From Ministeria vibrans ATCC 50519 (taxonomy: Eukaryota > Protista > Filasterea), in the NCBI GenBank assembly GCA_943704425.1, contig CALSCP010002159.1, forward strand, positions 62,001-126,000: a stretch of 64,000 nt of DNA, given 5' to 3'. Positions 23,101-35,347 of this stretch are shown piece by piece. The translations under genes were made by a program, and so were the position numbers. The notes beneath the pieces are model-generated. The model ran no database searches. It was given only the letters and a program-made list of their open reading frames with translations, and was not told where the DNA came from. Every line of letters begins with the position of its first letter. The first letter of the stretch is position 1.

Positions 23101-26100
23101 TCCTGTGCGACCGCCGTCTTGAACCTGTTAGACCAGTCGGTGTCGTTGACCTGCAGCCAGAGCGAGTCGCCAAATACATTTTCCATCATGTCCGCAAAAT
23201 TGCTTGACATGGCTCCGTTGTCGACAACAGTCTCGCCGAGCTCCGTGGCGCCACGACGACGCCCGCCACTGCCGCACTTGACCAACTTCGACACGCACTT
23301 CCACACATCCATCATTTTCGTCACCTTCTTCTTCACCTCCTTCAGCACCTTGATCACCTTTTTGATGGGGTTCTTGGGCGTCTTCATGTTGCCAGCGACA
23401 AGACCGACGGCTGCCCCGGCATTGCTGGGCGGATCGTTCCAGATCTCAATCACAACCGAAATGGTCTCGAGAACCGTGATGATTTTGGAGACGGGCGAGA
23501 ACGAGATGACACAGTCCAAAATGCTCTGCACGCATTCGTTGCAAATCAAAGACTGCGAAAACTCAACGGGGGTAGAATAGTCACTCTGAGGGGTCGAGCC
23601 ACAGCCGCTACAGCCACTACCATAAAAGGTGGTGCTTCCACCGCCACATCCACCGCTCCCACACCCACCACCAGAAGGGCTTCCACACGGACTGCCGCCA
23701 TTAGTTACAATCGGAATTTTGATGCCTCGGTCCTTGTCGCCACATCGGTACACTGTGGTCGCCCCCAGTCCAAAGCAGGACGAGCCGGCGCGTCGCTGCA
23801 GGTGATGTTGCACGTAGTGATTTGCCTCAAGCGACGATTCGATTGTCGACGCACGGCGACGACCAGCCAGCGTGCGTGTGTCCGTGATCTTTACCGTGAG
23901 CGACACACTTGCGTTCGCCGCAATGCTAATGTTGTTCATGGACTGGAAACCGTCCGAAATAAGCGTGAAGTCCAGGAATGGATGGTTCGACGGCAACGAC
24001 ATGCTCAACTTGTCGGTGCGAATCAGACCGTGATTCGTGTAGACAAACACCAGCTCGTCTACGTCGCCCGTCTCCAATAGATCAAAATCGACCGTATTGG
24101 GCGTGACGGTCACAACGGGCTGAGGCACATTCACTTCAAAGACTGCCTCCAGCACGATTTTGTACACGTCCTTGACAGGCGTTGGCGTGACGGTGAACAC
24201 ATACGTAATGGCGTTGCGATGCAAAAAGGCGTAGAGGGGATCCGTGTTGGGCGTGACATGCTGGACGCTGCGGAAACCCTCGTGTCCGAGTGCTTGCGCC
24301 GTGATGGTGTAAAAATCTTCCTTGATGTTATAAAAGGTCACGTTTCCGCCCGCATCCGTGCGCAAGCTGTAGCGTGCGCCGCTCGTCCGGCCGACAATCG
24401 TGACAGTGGCGTCGCTCACATATGGCTTCAATGCCGTAAAGTAAGTCGCCTCGTCCTCGACAAACACGGTAAAATTGACGCTCACCAGCGACACAACCGT
24501 GTACGAAAAGTGCACGGTGAGCGCCGTGATGTTGCTGCGCACCAGGAAGGTTCCCGAGCCGTCGCCGAGAGGAAAGTTGGCGGGCGGGTTAAACAGCAGG
24601 TCGAGTGTCGAAGAGTTGCCGGAAAGCAACTGTGGCAGGAGGGTGGGTGTTGACAGCGAGAGCACCGGCTCGTTTGCCGGCATCACCACCTCAAGCGGGT
24701 AGGTGGTTGCCTCGCCGACGTTTGCCACCTCAATCGACCGAATGGTCTGTTTTCCCCGTGCAATAGTCGCACGAACACTCGATGGGGCCGCTGCAAGTTT
24801 AGGCACTCGGTTGCGCACATCAAGTCCAATTCTCGCCGAGCCCGTCGGACCTTCACTCGTTGCAAAGAACACATCGACATCCTTGGCAAACTGCGATGCC
24901 TGCGTGTCCACCGTCACGTTCACTGTGACAGAGCCAAGCGCTGCAAGAGACGTGCCACTGAGCGCAACGGTGAAGGCGCTCAAGGGGCTCAGCGAAGAAA
25001 GGACTGTCGCGCTCAAGTTGGTCAGCGGCACATCGCCCATGTTCGTAACGCGAAGCACAGCAGCAAGTGTGGTCGCGCCCGGATGGATAATTTGGCGCGT
25101 GTACGACGGTGACACGCCAATGCGGAGAATCTGAAAGGTCAATTGAGTCGGCGCGTAGGCGGAGACAACTGGATGGCGCGCACCCACCAAGAAGAGTCCG
25201 GCGTCGTTACTGACCGGATGAAAAAACTTGCGGTAGTTGCCCTCCGACGAAGTTGTGGTCGTGAGCACACGCTTGTATCCGCGCACATTGACCCACACTT
25301 CGACTGGAACACCTCCGGCAATTGCTCCGGTGCTAACATAGCGCGCAACACCCTCAAACAGCACGGGTTCGGTCGTGAGCATGGACGTTACCGTCGTCGT
25401 GATCGACACGTTGTAACTTGGTGGCACTGACAATGTCCACAAACGCTCATTTTCTCCGGCAGAATTCGACACGCGAGCGCGCACGGTGTACGGTGCCTCG
25501 CGTGCCACCGTCGAGGGCCACTCGACAACGCCCGTCAGAGAATCGATAGTCATGCCAGCGGGACCTTCCTGAAGTGACCACGACTGCGGTGTCGATCCCA
25601 CCGACGCCGTCAGACCAACCGTGTACAAGGTTGCTTCCGTTGCGATCACAGTTGCGTCCTCCGCAATGGGCGTAACGTCGACCACGGGTGGTATGACGGG
25701 AATGTCACAATTAGTGCCTTGCCACTGTGAGAAGCAAGAACATTCACCGATGACGCAGGTGCCGTGAGTGGCGCCACCACAGTCGGTCGAACACGAACCG
25801 TAGTAGTTGAAGGAGACGGCAAAGAAGCTGTACCAGCTGCCGTTGTCTTCGGAGAGCTCCACGAGTCGCGCGCCCGCCGCAAACGGTGGCGTGACACACT
25901 CAATTTTGCTGGGGCTAGACAGGAGCGCGACCCCCGCGACAATTTGTGACGAGCCAAAGCGGCAACGGTACGTGTGCTCGGTGGTGTTACAGTTGTCACA
26001 GTCGACGATCACTCGTGTGCCGCCCAGGTCAATTCCAATGCTAGGTGTGACGGAGAGCACGGCAGGCAGTGGCAAACACGAACTGCCATAGTTGTGAAGC

Positions 26101-29100
26101 GTACACAGATTGCACAGACTTCCCGTCCAATTGGGGCCGGAGCAGTCGCAACCGCCAACCGAGTTGCACGTGCCATGGACACACGAGGGACACAACCGAC
26201 AGTCAAGTGGAGCAGCCTTCCAGTAGTTTGAGCGACAATCGCTGCAATCGGCGCCCGCATAGCCACTGGCGCATGAGCATGTGTCGGGCGCCGTGCAGGA
26301 ACCTTTGCCGTTGCAATTGGACACGCCGCTGCACGACGGATACCGGCAGTCGGGTGCGATCCAGCCGGCGGTACAGTTGCACGTGTTGGGCCCGACACAC
26401 TCACCATGACTGTAGCAGTTGAAGATGCCGTTGCACGAAAATTGGCTGCAGTCAGAGCCGGTCCAACCGCTGTCGCACACGCACGAACCGTCGCTCAGAC
26501 AGAAACCATGGCGGCTGCAGTCGTTGCACACACACTCGCGATCTTTGGTCTGGTTCTTCGCGCCACAAACTGTCTTCTCGTATTGTGTCGAATCGCAAGC
26601 GGGAGAACAGTCGACGCAGACCGAATCAAGGATGTACTGTTCGCTTGGACAGGCGTTGGCACACGCAGTGCCCGACAACACTTGGCCAAGTCGTTCGCAG
26701 ATGAAGCCCTCCGTGACGTCGGTGCACGACGAACCGGCGTAGCCCAAACGGCACGTGCACTGTTGCGGCTGATTGCAGAAACCGTTGCCGCTGCAGTCGT
26801 TCAGTGCCGAGCAATTTGCTGACTGGCAGAATGGCGGGTTCCAGTCCGCCTCGCATGCGCACACATCAAACCCAATGCAGGCGCCGTGATCGTTGCAACT
26901 GTTGACTCCCGCGCACGTTGGCTCGGAGCAATTTGCACCGCCCCAGCCGGTGAAACAGTCGCAACTGTCCGGCCTGAAGCACAGGCCGTTGTCCGAGCAG
27001 TTGTTACGCGAAGTGCAGTCAAACGAGAAGCTCTCGAGGAAGGGAGTATACACCACGTCGGTGAGCGATGCCACGTCCTGTTGGTCACGCACTCGCAGCG
27101 AAACGCCCACTGCAGTTGCCACGGACCACCAGTTTTGCTCGGCAAAGAGCGTCGCACCGTACGTTGCCGACGCTGAGTTGGCATTGAGCTCGTACGCATA
27201 AAGGGGATTCTTGAACAGATTGAAGTGCACATGCGGCAAGTACGACGCGTCAACAAGCAGCGTTGACTCGAGACCCGTCGAGGTTGAAGTACCCGTGACC
27301 GGTGAATTGGAGCGGAACACATTGCTTGTAATGTTGTGGTAGCCCGCTCGTGAGACGGACCAGCGCACAAGGGAGGCGCCTTGACACGAGTCAAACTCGT
27401 TCTGGGCAAACGAGAGTCCCCGCTTGTCAAAGTATGTGTACCCCGAGTAGTGCCGGAGATAGATGTAGACGCAGGCAATCGCGTCGCGACAGACAAAGTT
27501 GACGGCGGTGTTCTTTTCGATCTCATAGATGCGGACGGTGGGTTCGCTGTAGGTGGCCACTTGAAAGGTCATGATGCGCTGAGCGGACGGTGTGTCTCGG
27601 AACGTGTTGCTGACTACCGATACACGTTTGGCGTAGTATGATGTACTTGTGTAGGCAATGTGCAGCGCGGTGTTCCCAATAGCCTGGAAGACATTGTCGT
27701 GCACGTTGGAGATGAGATTGTACGCGGAAAGGGAATGGACTACGCCGTGCGAGGCACAATTCTGAAAGGTTGAGTTTGCGACCTCGAGGTGATTACTCGC
27801 CGACGAGAGACAGTAACCGGACGAGTATTGTACGAGCGAATCGCGAATTGTAGCAGAAATAGTGGCAAACTCAACCGTGTGGGTGCTGGTCGACGCTCCA
27901 TTGCCGCTGAAAGTCGATCGCTCCACCAGTGTTGAGCCACCCGACGTCGTGGTGGCGTACAAGCCGCCGCCGCGGTTGAACTCAAAGACACAGTCGCTCA
28001 CTCGGAAGGCGGTCGAGGCCGTGGTGCGCAAGTAGACGCCCCGCAACGAAGTGCTGAGCGAGCGAGAGACGGTCACGTTGATCATCCAGGCGTATGTGCC
28101 CTTGGTGTCGTCAAAGACGACACCACCGCCCGCCGAGTATCGAATCAACAGGTGTTGAAGGTGCGCCGTGGACTGAACACCTTGAATGACGCCGACCTTG
28201 GTACCGTCAAACAAACCCCCACCATACTCGAAGAGAACATTCTCCACGATGGAGCCGTCCACAAGCTCGGGCACGGCACCCGTCGTGTCGTAGCGTGCGC
28301 TCGTGCTCTTCTCGCTAAAGTACACCTGACCCCAGTCGCCCTCGAGGGGATTCGCGTTCGCCGACGTGAACACAATCGGCAGATCGCGCGTCCCTTGTGC
28401 GAAAAGTTTGCCATTGACAAGCCACACCACGCCCGTCTCCATGGCAAGTTGCACGCCAGGCTCGATCACAAGTGTCACACCCGCTTGAACGGTAATCGAG
28501 CCGCTCACAATGTACGGCTCGGCGCGATAGGGAATCACCGAATCCTTGCCCACCGAACCCTTGAGCGTCCCATCAGCTCGCAAAAATGAGACGCGTTCCG
28601 CATCGGGGTGCAGCGTGTCAGTTAGGTTCTATAAAAGTATAATAATATTATTAATATTATTATCATTTTATATTTTATTAGTATTATTGTTTTATTATTG
28701 TGTTTTTATGATGTTTTCTTTTTACCGCAGATAACAGATACGGGAAATACTCGACAAGGGCCGTGGTTGGGTTCTCAAAGTAGTCTTCAATGACTGACTC
28801 GATGGTCAACTCACTGATGGTGCCCCACCAACAATTGGTTGCGACAATTGGACCGCGAGTGACAGGCAGAGCCGCATTGACGACTGTCGTGGCATTGTTG
28901 TTGTCGTAGAAGTTATTGGGCATCGTGACGGCATAGCTTGTGTCGGCAATATTGAAAATGGCAATAGAAGCCGTGTTGTTACGCAAGTCATTGTGCTCAA
29001 AGTCCGACGATCCGGTGGCAGTAAAGAAATTCCAAGAGATCATATTGGCTGCTGTGTTACTCTCAATCACGTTTGATTGCATGATCAGACGCTCCGAGTA

Positions 29101-32100
29101 GGGTGTACCAAAACTCAACTCAATCAGTGAGCCGCCACTAAAATGCCACCATTACAAGTGAGTCCCAAAACACATCATAAAATTAATTAATTTAACAACA
29201 AATTACCTGTACGAGCAGTCGCGAAATGTGTTGCCTGAAATCACAAAGAGTTCGCCGATAGCGCCCGAGCGACGGTACATGTACGAACCGCCGCGCAAAG
29301 CCCGATTGTTCTCAATACGCTCAAAGATATTGTCTTGGACAGTGAATCGGTACATGCTCTAGATTGAGAAAAGAAGAAGAAAAACATAATATTTAAGTTA
29401 GTGCTCCACTTGAAAAAACTATTAATAAATCAATTCTAGTACGTAAGTGGCATATCGAATGGCTTGGAAGTAACCGCCGCCGCGACAATCGTGCAAATGA
29501 GAGTTCTTCAACGTCACTTCATGGGATGAAGTGTGTATGTGCTGGTAAATCCCTACACAACCAAAGTATCAAAAAATAAGGATTAGTCACAACGAACCAA
29601 AACCACAAGGAATCGCTCAGAGCGTACCAAACCCAGCGCAATCAGAGACTGTAATGTTGTCGGCAACAAAGTAGTAGACGTAGTTGAGCAAGTAGAGACA
29701 GTGCGAACCGCTACCGCGCACGGTGGTGTCACTACAGAAGACATAAAATTAGCGTTGTCAAAGACATGAATACATTATGAAAATGCACTATTTCAACTTT
29801 TCAAACTTACCGCATGTACAAATAGCCTCGATTCATATACAGGGTGTAGACTGAAGAAGGAGCGTTGACATTCATGTTGGTGAAGGAGGAGCCATCGAGA
29901 AAAAGGCGCGCGTTGTTGTTGACCGAGTAGAAGTAGAGGTTGGGGCCGTTGTAGCCCTGGTCCACGACACAATCGCGCAGGATCAAGGTGCGCCCGCTCT
30001 GAGGATCCGACCAAAAAGCATAGCGCGTCGACGCCGACGTAGCCAGCCCCGACGAGTTGGTCAGGCGCACATCGTCAAACACAGTGGTGTACTTGAGACT
30101 GTTTAGACGCACCGCGCCTACAAGAGAGCCGACAAACTCAACGTGCAGCAGGTATGGAGCAGTTTCGGTGCACGTGATCGCATAGCTGCTAGTGGTTGAG
30201 CCAGCATTGACAATGCGAACGTGCTCGAGAATGGAGCCAATCGTGAGAATCTGAGCATCATAATTGGTCGAGGAAAAGGTGCAGGGAGGCGCAGAATTGG
30301 AGAAGGCGAGGCCGTCCCACGTTGCCGACGCGTCTGGGCCAGTGGCTGTGAAGACAATAGGCGCAACGTCAGTGCCTTGCGCAATCAAGCGACCCTGCAC
30401 AGCAAATCCAACACCGGGAGCAAAGACAAGCACACAGCCAGGCTCGATAATGAAAGTGACGCCCTCCGAGACGGACAGGGTCGCGGTGACATTGTAGGGC
30501 GAGTTGATCGCCGGCAGAGTGTAGTTGGAGCCAACAACACCTCGCAGTTCACCATTTCCACGAAGAAACGTCAGACGAGGTGAGTCGGGATCAATGAGCG
30601 ACGACTGATTTGCCGCAAGCAGGAACGGGAAGGTGTTCACAAGAGCCTGTTGTGTATATGAAAAAAAGAAGAAAAAAAAGGTCAGAGACAAAACCGCACA
30701 CCATTGCACACTCATACGTAGGCGTTGTTATCGGTGAAATCATAGATGCGTGACTGCATCACCTCCTCGTCCGTGGTGCCCCAGAAACACTCAGTGGCAT
30801 CCATCTAGAAAGAGATAAACAAATTAATGAAAATATATTTCTATCTTATATCCATGGGAGACATTAATTGATATTTTTCTTACGGGACCACGCACGAGAG
30901 GAAACGCCACAAACAGCTCCTGGTCAAACGTGGGATTGACAAAGTAGTTTCGCTTGAGATCAAGTGGATACGAGGTCGTGTCAAAGGTGACGGTGGAGCG
31001 CGCAGAAACCGACACGGCGGTGGTCGGCGAACCGACGTAACTGTTGTTGCGAAAGTCGTTGAAAGAAAACGAGATGGGCGGTTTGGGTTGCAGACGGTTC
31101 CCCCGAACCACGACACCAGTCGCCGTGTTGTTCGTAATAGTGTTGTTCTCGAAGAAGAGGCGGTCTGTGTAAAGGCAACCGCATTAAAAGCATAATACAA
31201 TCATAATAATGAAGAAAATAATGACAATAATAATAATAATAATTATTATTATTATTATTATTATTATTATAATTATTATTATTATTATCATTATTATTGC
31301 TGTTGTTGTTGTTGTCATATTGATAAAGAAATGTAAGACGAAAGCACTTACTATTAGAGTAGCCCGACACTGTAAAGTAGATGCACTGTGCCGTACAGAG
31401 GTTGTTGACAATGAGATTGTCGGTGAAAAGGAACAGCCGCTCGGCGTTGGTCGACGCATAGAACGACAGGTAGAGCGCAGTGCCCACATTATTCTCAATG
31501 AGCTACACATAAATTGTTAGACACAGAGCTGTATTTCATTCTGTTTTGCACCGTACGTTCCCTTGGATAAGTCCACCATGTTTGTAGTAGGAGTTGTAAC
31601 GCGAGTCAGCAATCAACCCGCTCCCGCATCCAGTGATGACGTTGTCGATATATTTGAAGTAATACGTCGAACTTATCAAGCAAGGGGAAAGAGAAGAGAC
31701 GAGATAAGGATAAAAAGAAGAAAACAAATCTGGTTCTACCTCGTTCGGGAATACTGACGGACGCCCCAAGATCCAACGTTTCGAATGGTGCAGCCGGTCA
31801 CATAAAGACGATAGCAATAGTTGTATGCGTATATGCCATACCCTAAAAAAAATGTGCAATACAATCATTTTAATAACAATAATAATAATACAAAAAATAA
31901 AAAATACAATTTAAATCTATTATTATTAACAATTTACCTCGGAAGTCGGAGATGTTCGAGTTCTGGACCTCAATAACATAGGCACTCGCCGAGTAGACAC
32001 CATGATGATTGGTTGAAGGAGACGCAGATTCGTAGGAGAGCTCCGAGTCGGACAGATAGACACCGCCGTAGTTGTTAGAAGACGTATACTGAATGGCAGT

Positions 32101-35100
32101 TGCGTGAGACTTGACAATACGCATTCGTCGGATAGTAATCCACGGCCTTTGTGACGAAGTGGCCGTCAGAGACACTTGAATCTGAGATCCCGTCTGGTTG
32201 AACAAGTACACGTCATCGAGTGCCATGTAGCTCGCCATGAGCGACGAGTACTGGATTCCGTTAGTACAGTGGCGGATTTCCACATTGCGCAAGTACGGAG
32301 CATACTACAAAAATATGAAAGAGGGGAAGGAGGGTGAGGGAGAAAATGAGAAAGTACGACGTGAGAGAGGGAAAAGGCGATAGAACAAGGAAAAGAATAA
32401 AGTGAGAGAAATAAAAATAAAAACACTTTGATGAGTGCGTACCGACTGTGCCGTCAGAACATACGAGCTGCTGTCACCGCCGCCAAACTCGAGAATGACA
32501 TGCTCGAGAACACTGCCACCCGAGATGTACTGCAGCTCAAAACGAGTGTGATTGTACAGACCCTGCGACAATGATGAGAAGGACAGACTGCCCCAGCTGC
32601 CGGGGACACGTGTGGCACTGGTGAAAACAATCGGCAACAGAGATTGGCCTTGCGCAATGAGAGAGCCCGAGACGGTGAACGACACGCCGTCGTTCATCAA
32701 GAACGTTGTTCCCGGCTCCAGTGTGAGAATGACATCCTTGGCAACATTGAGCGAACCCGTCACGTTGTAAGTTCCCGCCGGCAGAGTATAGTTGCTGCCA
32801 ACAGTTCCTACAAAACAGAGAAAAAAAATGACAATGAGTCTCGAAAAGATTTAGGGTAGCACTTATTGTTAGTCTACCTTGCATCCGGTTGCCACCACGC
32901 AAGAAGCTCAGACGCGGCGCGTTGGGATCCACTCCGTCCGAGAAATTGGCTGAAACAAGGTAAGGGAAAAAGTCAACTTGGGCGAGGTCGGGATTCTCTT
33001 GGAAGTCATAGATGGACTCTTCAATGCCGATTTCGTTGGAGGTGCCCCAGTAGTTGTAGAGAGCCAGGAGAGGCCCTTGCACAAACACGGGTGCTTCTAC
33101 TCTGACCAAAAACGGGAAGTTTCCGTCCAAGAAGTTCCACTGGAAGGAATCCACGGGGTACGTGTTGGCGAGGTAGAGCAGGGCAGAGGAGGACGAGGTG
33201 GGGTCGAGCGCGATGTTGCCACGAAGGTCGTTTCCGTCAATGTACGTGGGGGAGGTGGCGCTTTGCACAAACGTGTAGATGAGCTTGAGACACGTGTTGT
33301 TCGTGAGAGTGTTGTTGTGCACGTAAAAACGGTAGCTGTCGGAGTAACCACCGACGGTGAGAGCCATCACATAGTCTGAGACAGTGCAGTTGCGAATGGA
33401 GTTTCGTTCGATGCGAAAGACGTCCGCCGAGTTCTGAATGTAACCCGCATAATTGATAGCGTAGCCCGTCAGCTCTTCAAAGAGGTTGTCTTGCACAACA
33501 AATGTGGACGAGTAGTAGCTATTGTAGCGATGCTACAAGAAAATATATGAATAAATTAATAACACTTAAACTAAACATCACACAGTGTGTGTGCATAATC
33601 CTTTTCGTACCCAATTGTGAATGCCGGATCCGCATCGCCGAATGGTGTTTCCCGTACAGGTGAGCTGATCGTTCTGGCTGCGATAGTAGAGGGCAATGGC
33701 GGTGCCGCGCACATCCTCAAAGGTTGTGTTGGTGACCGAGACCAGACGTGTGTAATAGTATGCGTAAAAACCTAACAAAGCGAAGAGACGACAAGTGCGT
33801 TTAGAGAACTGTTTACTTAATATTATATTTTCTTCTATTTCTTTTCTTATAGTTTTTTTGTGTGTAGTACCTTCGCCAGTGTAACCAGAAATTTCAGCCT
33901 CGTTGATGTTGACACGAAGAAAGTTGTACACGTAAATGCCACGCTTGGCGGTGGGATCAACGACAGAGTTGTTGAACGAGTACGAGCCCTAATAAAACAA
34001 AGAGAGTGAAAACAAAATGTGAATGTACGTGTGTGTGTGTGTGTGTGACTGAGTATGTGTACCTTGGTGACATACAAGTAGCCATACCCACTGCTTGTCG
34101 AGTAGGCGTACACAGCGGGTGCACGCGATTGGACCGTTTCACAATCGTCCATGTACACGTGGGTGTGGGCGGCGGAGATGGAGAGGAACTGAAAGTCGTA
34201 GACAGTGGAGCGAGCGGAGGCAATGGCGCGCACGCGCGTGAGCACCACACGCGAGTCGTGGGGAAGGGAACCAAACGAGACGGCGCCATACGAGTTCTCG
34301 ACAGTAACGTCAGACAGGTACGGGGGATACTTGGTGGCGACAATAGCCTGCGTCGAAGTGCCCGAGAGCGTTTTTCCGGCGAAGCGAATGATGCAGTTCT
34401 TGAGAAGCGAGCCACTGACAAAAACGGGCGGGGTTGTTGATGTGTTGTACACAACCGGCGTGTCCGGCTGGCGAAATTCAATGCCGTGCCAATCTCCCGC
34501 AGCGCCGACGGCGGCAGTCGAGGTGAACACAATGGGCAGTGAGACAGAGCCCTCGGCTAATAGGATGCCGTCAACTTGAATAGTGGCGCCGGGAGATGCA
34601 CGGATCTCGGTGCCGGGTGCAATTGCAAGCTTGGCACCAGCACCCACGAGTAGTGTGCCGGTCAGGAAGTACGGCGAGAGGCTGGCCGACAAGAGAAAGT
34701 CCGAGTGGATCGTTCCAGAGAGAGAAAGCCCGCCAGATGTGGGGGTACCCGTCAGGAACGTCTCGTTACCGGGCACAGCGGAGCTCACGTCGTTGGGGTT
34801 TGTCGAAAGCAAGTATGGCACAAAGTTGACAAGCATGAGATCGATGTTGTCAAAGAAGTCATACTGCACAAAGACGATGTCATGTTTAAGTCGAGCATGA
34901 CAACAATAATATTATTTTGGCTTACGATGCGATAGGCAATGTCGCGAGGTTGGACGGCGGAGAAGAAGTTGCGGGGCGCCAAAATGGTTCCGTAGTTCTC
35001 AGTATATTGCGAAGAGATCTCGTAGAGAGCGGCGGGGTTCATAAAGAGATTGTCCTCGATGATGATGGGGTAGTAGTTGCCTGAGGGGAGCAGCAGTGCG

Positions 35101-35294
35101 GCCTGGTTGGCCGCCGTCGTGTGTGTCACGTGGTTGTCGCGCAGTGTGTTGGACGAGAAGTAGATGAGGCCGTTGGTGTAGGGTTTAATGATGCCCACAA
35201 TGTACCCGAATGTGTTCTCCGTTATCTGGTTGTTCTTGATCGCAAGCTGAACAAAAAATCAATAATTGTTAACAACAACAACAACAACAACAGC

Positions 35295-35347
<53 letters not shown>

